The notes beneath the pieces are model-generated. The model searched no databases. It was not told where the DNA came from and saw only the letters and a list, made by a program, of their open reading frames with translations. DNA of 56,610 nt, the filler included, from Sphacelaria rigidula (lineage: Eukaryota): the NCBI GenBank assembly GCA_964200075.2. It is 4 parts of 4 records of this genome, joined end to end, with 100 filler letters (N's around TTAATTAATTAA, not from the genome) between each part and the next. Parts side by side here need not be neighbours in the genome. Positions count along the whole stretch, not along the records: positions 28,358 to 42,434 come from CAXNAA020002470.1; positions 42,535 to 56,610 come from CAXNAA020002471.1; 2 more parts are not named here. One strand, written 5' to 3'. Positions 40,865 to 51,508 of the stretch are shown in pieces. The translations under genes were made by a program, and so were the position numbers. Each line of letters starts with the position of its first letter. The first letter of the stretch is position 1.

Positions 40865-41039
40865 TGTAATCTGTGGGAGAACCGCGTGCTTGGAGGGCGG
40901 CATTGGAGTTGAAGGTTGGGGTTAGGGTCAGAGGCATGGTTCCTGTTGACCCGCCCGATTGGGTATGAAGGGCGTCAATCCTGGGGTGCTACGAACTACG
41001 GTGCGGTGCTCTAAGCACACGATCTTCCCACGAAGTACA
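40865..41039 (+). mobile_element. TTAGGG-bearing MITE, copy 11 (degenerate, intronic)
   Basis: TGTAAT..ACCGCGTGCTTGGAGG..GGTTAGGG..GAACTACGGTGCGGT..CTAAGCAC. Confidence 0.75.
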
Positions 41040-41293
41040 AAACCATCGCAGTTGGGTCGGAAACAATGCACTAGTTTCACGACGACGTGGCAACGGCGAC
41101 GAATCAGTTGGTCGTAGATGGCGACATTATTATATCGTTGGTGGCTGGGAATCATCTGAAAAGAGCCGGAACAACCAGCACATCATGAACATATGGCTGT
41201 CGTGAGGATATCGACTCGTGTGTTGGAGGCAGCGCAACTCTCGTGGTCGTCAGCGTTGAAGCTATTGGATCGGTCCTGGGTGGCCGAGAACTG

Positions 41294-41586
41294 CACGGGT
41301 GGCCACTGGGGTTTGTAACCTGGCCATTTTGGGACCTTCTCCACCTTTGGTAAGGTCCGCGGATTGGGTAGACAACTGAAGAGCATTCGCACAGCATGGA
41401 CAGGATCGAAACAAAACATGTCCCACTCTATAGGCGGGTGACTCCCCTGTAGACTGGAACATGCTTTGTTTCGAACCTGTCCATGCTGTGCGAATGCTCT
41501 TCAGTTGTCCACCTAATCCGCGGACCTTACCACATGTGGATGAGGTCCCAAAATGGCCCGGTTACAGACCCCAGTGGCCACCCGTG
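41294..41586. mobile_element. Near-perfect palindromic MITE (CACGGGTGGCCAC TIR), intronic
   Basis: Arms of ~140 bp: CACGGGTGGCCACTGGGG..AACTGAAGAGCATTCGCACAGCATGGACAGG / CCTGTCCATGCTGTGCGAATGCTCTTCAGTT..CCCCAGTGGCCACCCGTG. Confidence 0.9.
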
Positions 41587-41764
41587 GGGGTCATGCGTAC
41601 GAACTGCGTACACCTGAAGCGCGTATGCTGCCGGTGCCGGACCCAGTTTGCTATGGCCACCCACGAGGCTTCGAAGCAGGACCTGCTGAGTGAGGCAAGC
41701 GTGAGATTGACATACCCATGCGCGACATGTTGCATGATCTACTGGTGTTACTCGTGCGTCACAG

Positions 41765-41869
41765 AAAAAGAAACATGTAAGGACGACTTTAGGTGCCCTG
41801 ACGGATACCTCAACCGCGGTGACAGGGAGTGCCGCGGAAAGTGTGACCAGCGCGAATGCTGCGAGAAAG
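41765..41869 (+). CDS. Exon encoding six-cysteine module 2 (105 nt, phase 1-1)
   Basis: cacag| (E)KETCKDDFRCPDGYLNRGDRECRGKCDQRECCEK |gtgagt. Confidence 0.85.
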
Positions 41870-42324
41870 GTGAGTTTCCAGAGGAAGCAACATTGTACCC
41901 ACCTGCGGTTGGCTGCGGTCCACAGCATTCGGTTTGGATATGACGGATGGGGGCTGGGATATCGCATACGGCAGTGAACGCGGGCATGGAACTGCTCAAT
42001 ACAAATACGGTATATATTGCTGGGGTGACGAGAGTGTACTGCGAAGCCTATCTGACGAGACTGGGCACCGTGCGGGGATGTTCAATCAACCTGCGATACC
42101 GAAATGAAGGCATGTACCAGGTGAGACCACAGGCTCGTCCCGAGGAAGAGAAAGGGTTGGAAGTACAACGAAAACAACGAACTACAGTACACCACTGAGG
42201 CCAGTGATGGCGATTCATACTCACGGTTCTTTGAAGCGGCCCACCACGCTTCAGTAACAAGGTGCGCCAGCGTCGCTGGAACGCGATGACGACACTCACC
42301 CGTTGGCTGCCGTGTCCGTCGCAG

Positions 42325-42429
42325 AGGTGAAGACTTGCAAGGACGACTACACGTGCCCCAGCGGCTTCCTGAACGTCGGTAACAAGGAGTGCCGCGGCAA
42401 GTGCGACAAGCGCGAATGCTGCGAGAAGG
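42325..42429 (+). CDS. Exon encoding six-cysteine module 3 (105 nt, phase 1-1)
   Basis: Branch-like ACTCACC, then tcgcag| (E)VKTCKDDYTCPSGFLNVGNKECRGKCDKRECCEK |gtgag. Not in the ORF track; paralogous to module 2 with synonymous differences. Confidence 0.85.
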
Positions 42430-42434
42430 GTGAG

Positions 42435-42534
42435 NNNNNNNNNNNNNNNNNNNNNNNNNNNNNNNNNNNNNNNNNNNNTTAATTAATTAANNNNNNNNNN
42501 NNNNNNNNNNNNNNNNNNNNNNNNNNNNNNNNNN
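42435..42534. other. Artificial contig linker
   Basis: Same 100-nt N/TTAATTAATTAA/N spacer. Confidence 0.97.
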
Positions 42535-42674
42535 GTGGTCTCCCGCGGAGATTGGGGGGGGAAGATACTTTCGCTTTGTGTTACTCTTTCGTATCTTCCC
42601 TGCACTGGAGAAATGGGACTTCAACCTCATGTTATGTTTTAACCCCAAAAATTAGGATCGGCTGTTACCAGTAT

Positions 42675-43497
42675 CAGCAGCATACTTGCTGCCAGTAGAT
42701 GTACGCTGCTGGGGTGGGTCTAAGTCAGCCGGTGCCGATACTGCCGATACTGCTGCTGCCGCTGCTGCTGCCGCTGCTGCTGCCGTTTTTCCTCATGGGA
42801 GAGACGGTCCGTGTTTCAATCGTGCTACAACGCCCACGCACCTTGCGCGCGATAGCCATGCCGGAAAGCGCTGGTCCGTACTGCCCAATCATGAGTCAAT
42901 GCTTCCTCACCAGGCTAAGTGCTAGGAGATACAGCTGTGCGCATCTTTTTGTGCGAGCTGTGCACATCGGGTGTGTTTCGCGAGCGTGGCTACTGCTGAT
43001 GATGGCGTTGAAAGAATAAAGCCAGCGTCCAATACAGGGGAAAACAAGTGAAACGTACTCGTACTGAAATGCTTCAGTATACTGATACAATTTGAGGGTA
43101 ACAGCACGCAAACAGATCATTATCGATTTCAAGTGGGGAGGAGGAAATTACGCGCCAGGTGCATGGGTATTGTCGCACGTCGAAACGCGGATCGCCTCCC
43201 GCACGAGAAGAAGAAGCAGCAGCATCTTTATTGCCAATAAATGTTTACGGTTGGGGATGGTTCTGAATCAGCCGGTGCCGATGTTGCTGCTGCCGCTGCT
43301 GCTGCTCTTCATCGTAGATGGTCTGCGTCTCGACCGTGCCACAACACGCACGCACCTTGCGAGTGATAGCCACTGTGCTGGACAGCGCTGGATCGTGCTA
43401 TCCGCCGATGGGTCCATGCTTACTTACTCGGCGAGGTTCTGGTAGATATAGCTGTGCGCATCTCTCTGTGGGAGCTGTGAACATGGAGTGTGTCGCA
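42675..43497 (+). repeat. Diverged direct duplication (~300 bp x2) containing a CTG/CCG microsatellite
   Basis: 42675-42982 and 43218-43497 share TCAGCCGGTGCCGAT, ACGCACCTTGCG..GATAGCCA and AGCTGTGCGCATCT. Confidence 0.75.
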
Positions 43498-45525
43498 AAA
43501 TCAGATGCCCAAGTTTTCTCAGGCACACGTTTCACTGCAGTAACGTTGATGTGTGGCGGCCACGACTGCTGTAGTTCGTGTCCTTGTCTTGTTATGTTCA
43601 CAATGACGCTAAACGTGGGGTGACACCTCGAGGGCGTGCGCTTCCGTAGAAGTACAGCAGCAGCAGTTGGACACTATAAATTGTGCAACACGAGAAAGCA
43701 GCTGATGCATACTGTATACAGTCCGTGTTCAGGTTCTAAAAGACACTGCAGAATTGTGTTGTGTTTAGTAGTAGCCTGTACTCCATATAGTGAGGTCACG
43801 TATTGGGCAGTTTTTCGAAAAAGTTTGCTTGTTTTTTTAAAAGTTATCAGAAAGTTCTGCTCGTTTTTTGAAAAGTTGAGCTTGTTTTTTTTTCAAGTTC
43901 TGCTTGTTTTTTTAACAGTATTCTGAGAAACCCGAGACAGTTTTCTGTCACAGAATACTGTTAAAAAACTATAGCTGCCGCGGATTCTAAATTGAAAAAG
44001 GATCGGCTCGAATTTTGCAAGCGCGTTGCACTCCAGTGGTTTTGGTCAACAGCCCACCGCGAAACCGGTTCCTAACACAGCCACGGTGGAGGTGGCCATA
44101 CAAGGCGTGATAGATAGTTCAGACTGGATGAAGCGCCTCGCATGGGCACTACTGGCGAAACAACCCCAGGCGTGGGACTGACCCTTACCCCCGTTGTGTG
44201 TGTCTGCAGCTTCATTGTGGGGCACCCATTTGATCCAACTGACCACTGTACTGTAGTGATGCTGTACTCTGGTGATGGTATATCTCAGCAGACTGCTGAA
44301 TGATGCTGCGTTTCAAAGATCGTTGGCGTCTGCCGCCGCATTGAATCATTTCGCTGACGGCGGTCGTCGCCGGTGCAACAGTATGGAGTCTCTCTCAGAT
44401 ACTCAACCAGAGGCGCTCGAAAACCCGATGACTAGTCCAAAGGAGTATGTTTCCAGCATGCTTTGTTACGTGTTCCGTAGCGCTTAGACGCAGGGGTTGC
44501 TCAAAAGATGCGGCACAATGAATGACGGCGGCTTTTTTGTTGGACTGGTCGTCATCATGCTTTCGCTGCCGTGCAGAAACTTCTGCGTTAGGGGCACATG
44601 GTCGGAAGCGGTTGCGAATCCCGAGCCTTTTGAACAAAGTAAGTGAAACTTTGATGGTCCATTGAACCTCAATTAAATGTTGAACCTCAAAAACGAATCC
44701 AGGTTGTCATGAGGACTCGTCTATGGTGGGCTAGTGGGATGAAGCTCAGAGGCGATGCAAGATATCAGGATATTGGGTCTGCTCGTAGATCCTGGATTCC
44801 GTGACGTGTTGTATTGCGTTTGCCCTTGTCATTACTGTGGATTGTTGGGCGTCGCTGGAACCCGCACGCCGCTACATTCGACACTTGTCTGGCTTGTCTT
44901 GCTCGCTTGCCTGATTCTGCTCCCCTGGCACCATCGCCACGCTCTGCTCCTATGGCTACGCCCCGCCTGTATTGAGTTAGAGAGCTGCTTGTAGGTATAA
45001 CATGATGCTATCAACATGTCAGTCTCTAGTCTCCCAGCAGTACGCAGGAGAACTTACTGTATTCTGTGCATGATGAATATAAGCTAGGTCTATATGATGT
45101 ACCCACGTTGGGAGCTTAGTTAGCTGGAACAACCATGGTATCCCCTCGTACACATACTGAGAGACCCCGGCCAATGCATTATATACCCCATCCATATCAC
45201 ATTCACCGAGTAGCTCTACAGCAAGGCATTCCAAGGTTCCAAAGTTCGCCTAACTCTCTTTAGGGCGTGAAACGACCCCAAAGCTCCAAAAAGAAGGCAC
45301 TTTTCAAGATTTTCATCTTTGTTATTGCCATAAAAAGCGGCCGAAGACACGCTCCGAGACAGGGCCTCATGGCCACAGCATGTGTGACAGCAAAAGCCAA
45401 GGAAGAGGGAAATTCTCGCAGCCATCGTGGCTCTTGTAACGGGGTCCTGGCAAGTGAGATCGAGATTTTCGATTTTCGATTCGCAACTAAGCGAACGAGG
45501 TGAGATCGAAATCCCATACATAATA

Positions 45526-46270
45526 CTCCCTCTGGCCGGGAATATAAGGCCGATAAGCACAAAAAGCTGTCTATCTTGGGCCCATGATACTCTTTTTCAG
45601 AACGGTTTTTTTTATTGGTTTTTCCGACCCGACACGGAGCGGCCAGAACCGGTGTTTTTCAAAAACTTTGACAAAACACGTTGCCCTACCCCAGCAGAAA
45701 TCTCTCGAAATCACCACCCCAACTTTGAACACCTGGTCAAAAGCCTTCCCATCTTCTGGTGAGGTAGTATGTCCGTTGCTGGGAGCGACTCCCAGGTGCC
45801 ACAACGCAAGAGTCTCAACGGTTTTGAAAAATCTGCGGTGATTCGGTACCTCCTCGCCGGCAGCAAGGACGGGGTTCTGAAGCGAGGTGCGTACAAGGCA
45901 GCAGCGGAGGAGTTTGGCTGCGGATGGAAGTCGATCAGCAGGCTGTGGAAGAAGTACGATCAGCAGCATAAAGCAGGCGTCGCGCACCGGGGTGCACATT
46001 CAGCTTCCGCACTTCGTTTCTCTCGTGGCCGGGTGCATTTAAGCTGGATTTTCCACGATTTTCACCTATTCGGGGATACTCATCAACCATCCCCCCCCTA
46101 TCGAGCGGATACACTTTTTTTGTATCCAACTTGATACTCGATCATACACCAAACTTATCCGACGTCCCACGTGACTGAATTGCCCGATATGGAGGATACA
46201 GGGCATATCGGACATATCGGCCTTATATTCCGGATATCCTTATCGGCCTTATATTCCCGGCCAGAGGGAG
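45526..46270 (+). mobile_element. Internally deleted mariner-like element (CTCCCTC termini, Stowaway/DD39D type)
   Basis: Perfect 32-bp TIR CTCCCTCTGGCCGGGAATATAAGGCCGATAAG, TA TSD, and an extra sub-terminal TIR motif near 46216. Confidence 0.92.
45769..46134 (+). pseudogene. Truncated mariner transposase ORF (N-terminal helix-turn-helix only)
   Basis: RKSLNGFEKSAVIRYLLAGSKDGVLKRGAYKAAAEEFGCGWKSISRLWKKY resembles the N-terminus of DD39D-type transposases; no DDD catalytic domain follows. Confidence 0.8.
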
Positions 46271-46604
46271 TATTACTTTCGTGAGATTGAGAGCAGGGGA
46301 TACGATTGAGAGTGAGAATCCGTCAGTGTATGAATGAATAGTTTCAATTCTGAAATACCCTTCCACGAGGCTCGATACGCTTTCTGGAGTAGCTCGCCAC
46401 TGAGGCCCTTGAAATCCCCGGGTAGGATATCGATGTGTAGCTGTAAGCACACGCCAGTGTTACAGGCAAAGAAAACACACATGGACTGTAAAAGGGGTCA
46501 CGTCAAAGCGAATGATATAACCCACTCTCAATCAACACTTTACTCAATCTCACGAAAACAGTGTTACGTGCATATAACAGTCCTCGTACAGTGGTGGAAA
46601 ATTT

Positions 46605-47499
46605 CGAGGTTGTGTTCTGTAAGGTACGGGTACGTTCTGTAGGGTATGAGTTTCCTTACAGAACTTACAGAAATGTCGGGTATACCGTTATGAAAGTCTT
46701 ACAGAGTTTACAGAACTGTCGGGTACCGGTATGAAAGGCTTATAGAAAATGCAGAACTTGCCGGGCACGGTATGGAAAGCTTACAGAAAACTGGTACCGG
46801 CAATCGGGTAACTCTTTTAGGCCATACCCGCACCTCGGGTTGGGGTAAAGTGTTTGTACAGAACTCACAAAAACTGTCTGTTAAGGGTATGGGAGGCTTA
46901 CAGAACTCACAGAAACTGTCGGGTAGGGTATAGAGGTTGCACAGAAGACCGTACCCGCAACCGGGTATCTGATCAAGAGCATACCCGTGCCCCCCGGTAA
47001 CGGTACGGGAGGCCTACAGAACTCACAGAACTATCGGGTACCGGTACTGAGTGAAAGTCTTGCAGAAATTACAGAACTTGTCGGGTATATACGGTATGGG
47101 AGGCTTATAATAAACCGGTACCGGCTATCGGGTATTCTTCAAGAGCATACCCGCGCTCCGGGTACGGGTAAACATTCTGTACAGAGCTTACAAAGCTGTC
47201 GGGTAAGGGTATGGGAGGCTTACAGAACTCACAGAAACTGTCGGGTAGAGTATGGAGGTGGCACAAAAAACCGTACCCGCAATCACGTATCTTATCAAGA
47301 GCGTACCCGTGCCGCCTGGTAACAGTACGGGAGTCTTACAGAAGTATCGGGTAAGGGTGTGAAAGTCTTTTAGAGATGGAAGAACTGTCGGGTACCGGTA
47401 CAAAAGTCTTACAGAAGTCACATAACTGTCGGGTACGGTAAACACCCGCCAAAATTCCATGGATATACAGAAAACCGTACCCTACAGAACACAACCTCG
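46605..47499. mobile_element. Non-autonomous DNA transposon with 8-bp TSD (hAT/P-like) and internal tandem repeats
   Basis: TIR CGAGGTTGTGTTCTGTA.GGTACGG / CCGTACC.TACAGAACACAACCTCG; flanks GAAAATTT and GAAAATTC; many ACAGAA..TGTCGGGTA motifs. Confidence 0.82.
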
Positions 47500-48347
47500 G
47501 AAAATTCTTCTGCTCTGAGGCCTCGGGTTTTATCTTTGTGTGGATGACAACTCTGGGATCAGATTCTATGTCAAACGAGAGCACCCACCAAAAAGCGACA
47601 AGTGAAGTCAGCGTAAAAGAGCCGTGAAAATGGTGGGGGACCACATAAGTGGTGTATGGCTTCGAAGTCTTCTGTGGATATTGTTGGCTTGGGGACCCAA
47701 CACACATAAAAGATGTGTGAAGTATGGTACACTGTAACAGCGATAAAAAGGCGAAAATGGAACACGTGAAGGAGGAAAAAATGATCTTGTTCTTTCCATG
47801 AAAACAACGGCCCTTGTATCCAACCTAGGGGCATCGTCAAATACCGGAAGTTAGCGCCACTACAGTACTCACACAAGAAACACAAGAAGAAACCCCGTTC
47901 GACACGGACGGCAGGCAACCCGCTCCAACGCTTTTTTCAAGCTCAGCAGCACCATAATATGGTAGAGGACTCATACGGAATGCATCTGCTCCGATCAGTT
48001 GCAAAGCCAGGGGGTAACAGCACCACACACATCCTACAGTCATTTCTACTCTAAGGATCCGCAACGATACTTGTTCGAGACACGCAACAACGAAAAATTG
48101 AGATCTATCATCAACCAACACTTGAACACCAGCATTTATCCCCAATCATACTCATCACGCTACTTCCAACATCCAAAATACCATACTTGCCCTGATACAG
48201 CCTACCAAAATCATCGTCTACGATCGTCACGGGCTGACCCCTCCCACATGGGGTGCGACGCCAAACACACTACCCATACACACAAAAAATCAACACACAG
48301 GATTGTCATTCAGGTCGGAATCACACCCAGATGGTCACGTGTTGTAT

Positions 48348-48614
48348 CTAAGGAGAGCGGTGGTGCTCAGCTGTTATTTCACGCTTCCACGGGAAACGGT
48401 GAAGCCTTGCCGGCTCCCAATTGTACACAAATTCCGGATTCCCCATGCCTTGATTCGCCGCGCGAGATGGTTGTTCTTGGTCATGTTCTCCCGAAGTGCG
48501 CCATTCCACGTCGTCCTGTCTCTCACGTCTCCTGGCGACGAATTCGGAATCGCCCTGGAGGGTGGCACAGCGCAACACTCTTGCAGCATCGTACTCCGTC
48601 AAAGCCTCTTCCAC
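48348..48614 (-). CDS. FAD-dependent monooxygenase terminal exon
   Basis: ccgcag| VEEALTEYDAARVLRCATLQGDS...NPEFVYNWEP...stop. Continues the family's AL-x-x-Y-x-x-x-R helix in phase 0 after a 4.8-kb intron. Confidence 0.8.
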   Translation of the reverse strand: MEEALTEYDAARVLRCATLQGDSEFVARRRERQDDVEWRTSGEHDQEQPSRAANQGMGNPEFVYNWEPARLHRFPWKREITAEHHRSP

Positions 48615-49174
48615 CTGCGGCAGTAATTTGGGATAATGAAGGGGGCAAACCCACAAGTAGACTCCGTCAGGATGCTGGAGCGACATGGGCTACAGCCGGG
48701 CACCATGCTGGATACACAGGTACGTAGGACGCAGCGGCGATTTGGTAGCTCCACCCCGTGGTATCGCCTGGCACGTTCTAGTGCGACAAGTTCTAGCCAG
48801 AATGTACCCGTGTGCACGGTCCTAAACGCAACGAGGAACACCAGGGGGCTGGGGACGTGCCCAATTAGGGGCGTCTACGAATACCCTACAAATACCCTAC
48901 TCTAAACAACATACAACATTCGCACGATATCATTTCAAGGTCGAAACAGTTCAAGGGGACCTCTGCTACATGTATCGATCAGAATGGTACGTGGTGCCGA
49001 ATACTGTAACGTCATCATTCTTACAATACTAGTGGTGAGCCACGGCTGACGCGCGTGGCAGCAGTGCCGCAGGTCTCAACGCCACGGGTCTCGCATGCGT
49101 GGAGGCTTTGAACAAAATGATTAAACAAAAGGTGATCCATCATCAATCATAATTTACTAGTATAAGGGGCTTCA

Positions 49175-49282
49175 TTAACCCTTAGACGGCGAGAGTAGGC
49201 CATCTATTGAATCGGCGGCCATCTCACTCGAAACAAAATATGCATGATCCTCATGGACTACCCTGGGCGGTCTAAGGATTGA
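49175..49282 (+). mobile_element. Diverged piggyBac-like mini-MITE
   Basis: TTAACCCTTAGAC..GATCC..ATGGACTACC..GCGGTCTAAGG; homologous to 33024-33125. Confidence 0.7.
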
Positions 49283-50280
49283 CAGGCTTTATTTTTCATG
49301 TTTTTCGTCCATTTTCATCCATGAAAATGGCAAAGTAAAACCCGGTAACAACGGCCCAATCAGCAAATTTGCTGCTCCTGATCACGGGCTGGATTGTTGC
49401 AATCAGCTAAGGTGAGATAATCAATCAATCAATCAAGCAGGTAAGGACTTCGAACCGCACGGCTAAACGTCAGCATCACGAAAGAAAAAGGGAACCCTAA
49501 CTATATTGGTGCCAACCCGGCAGCGCTGCATTCATAGAGAATCTGCCCCGAAGAAGCAAGCAGCAAACCGAGTAGAAAAACGCCCCGTCATTCGTCTAGT
49601 TCCCACAGGGTGTACAACAACGAAGCCCAAGAGCATCGATTCCTAGCTAGTTGATCCTCGTCGGCCGTAGTGAGGTGTCGGCCGCCTGTATCGCATGGGC
49701 AACACGCTGGCTGTATGCATCTACTCGATAGCGAGGGTATTCGTCAAGAGCCATGATGACTTGTTCCTGGCGCGTGTCGGCGTCGTACCCGTTGGCGTTG
49801 AGGGTGTTGGCTGGGTTGACATCATGCTCTTCAAACGCCTGGCGGTAGCTTTTTGCGATGTTTTGAAACCCGCTGGCCTGTCGTAACCATCAAAGTCCGG
49901 ACAGACCCCTTTTTCACGGTTATATGTGCATGTAGCCGACACCACACGCCCTTGCAAGGTCATGGTAATATGTATGATGAGCGACCCATGTCATCAGGCC
50001 CCACCTATCCCCATTCTGATATATCCTCAGTGTTTTTTTGTCTTTGGCCATTCATGTCAAGGTAACTCCGTATCAGATAATATATCTTCTCTCCACCGCA
50101 CATTCATTGTATTTTATATTGTATCGCGTCTGTGTGAGTTTCACGGGCCCGATCATATATATATATGTACTTTTTTTTCCTCATTCCTTTATTTGCGTAG
50201 TTTATCTGACCACGGACCGCGTCCCCATCAAATGCCCGGTAGACATTACTGCGCAGATGTCGGAGCGGTTCTCACGTGAA

Positions 50281-50282
50281 AA

Positions 50283-50331
<49 letters not shown>
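50281..50331 (+). repeat. (AACGAC)n microsatellite
   Basis: About seven perfect AACGAC units. Confidence 0.95.
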
Positions 50332-50499
50332 AGCCTTACGTCTGCGAAGACGCGCCCTCAGACGGGGTCTGTGATTTTCACTTTTTGAATACGTGGGCAC
50401 TTTTGAAAATTGATTGCCCCAACAACGACCAGTATTCAGTTTTTTCGGAAAGCAGTTTTATCCCGATTAGGGTTGTACGCCAAATTTTTACCGTATAAG

Positions 50500-50938
50500 G
50501 CCACTTCTTATTTTTTCAGAAAACGGGCTGTCTGAAAACTGCCCTTTTTGAGCCTTTCGTCACGGATTTTCGGCGAAATACAGGCCTTGGCGGATTGGGC
50601 CTCCTCTGACAGACTTGCCATGCTTTCCAAGAGGATTCTAGCGCATTTTCCCGATTTTTCGTCGCACAGATTTACGTTTGGCCAGATGCCCGATTTTTGG
50701 GGCGATTTTTGGTGCGACTGAAAAAATCGGGAATCCGGCCAACCGTGAAATGGGCGACGAAAAATCGGGAATGTGCACTAGAATGCTTTTGGCTAGCATA
50801 GCAAATCTGTCAGAGGAGGCCCAATCCGCCAAGGCCCATTTTCTACCAAGGCCCGTAATCCGCCAAAAATCCGTGATGAAAGGCTCAAGAAGAGCAGTTC
50901 TCAGAAAATCCCATTTTCTGACTTGAAGAAGCGCCCAC
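50500..50938. mobile_element. Foldback MITE (intronic)
   Basis: TTGAGCCTTTC.TCACGGATTTT..GGCCTTGGCGGATTGGGCCTCCTCTGACAGA / TCTGTCAGAGGAGGCCCAATCCGCCAAGGCC..AAAATCCGTGA.GAAAGGCTCAA. Confidence 0.82.
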
Positions 50939-51303
50939 GGGTTGTTTTTTTATTCAAATTTTATTTGATTATTAAAATCGAATGATTCATAAAAACAGTT
51001 TGCTGTTGATTGTCAATTTACCCACACGTTCCGCCGCTGCGAGACAGACAGCTGCGACCATGAACTGCCAATCGCTGAGGATACAGCCGTCAGTGCTGGC
51101 TCAGTATGTTTGCCCCAACCTGCACGCACCCGGCTTGTCTGTCTTACTGCACTCGATCACAGCACCCGACTCCTTGGCCTTTTGACGGCAAGAGTAGGTC
51201 ATCTGTTGACATGGCATCAATTTCTACCCAAAACTCATGTGCATGATCCGATGGACCACACACGCGTTCTAAACGTTTGACTGGCCCATAAAACACTCAG
51301 AAG

Positions 51304-51508
51304 TTAGCCCTTCGACCGCGGCGCGGGTCGTTCATCTGGACCACGTATACTTTTTTTAATGAAATTGATGCCGATCCAGCAGGTGACCTACCCTCGCGGT
51401 TTAACCCGTTGACCGCGAGGGTAGGTCACCTGCTGGATCGGCATCAATATCATTAAAAAAAGTATGCGTGATCCGGATGGACTACCCGCACCGCGGTCTA
51501 AGGGTCAA
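51304..51508. mobile_element. Head-to-head pair of piggyBac-like mini-MITEs
   Basis: GATGCCGATCCAGCAGGTGACCTACCCTCGCGGT / ACCGCGAGGGTAGGTCACCTGCTGGATCGGCATC around a central TTAA; an older copy lies at ~51178-51280. Confidence 0.8.

Noticed and set aside
43908-43968. Small hairpin TTTTTTAACAGTATTCTG / CAGAATACTGTTAAAAAA
   Set aside because: Isolated, with no TSD or second copy in the window; probably a MITE remnant.
47999-48727. 242-aa plus-strand ORF
   Set aside because: It is antisense to the monooxygenase terminal exon and has no domain signal.
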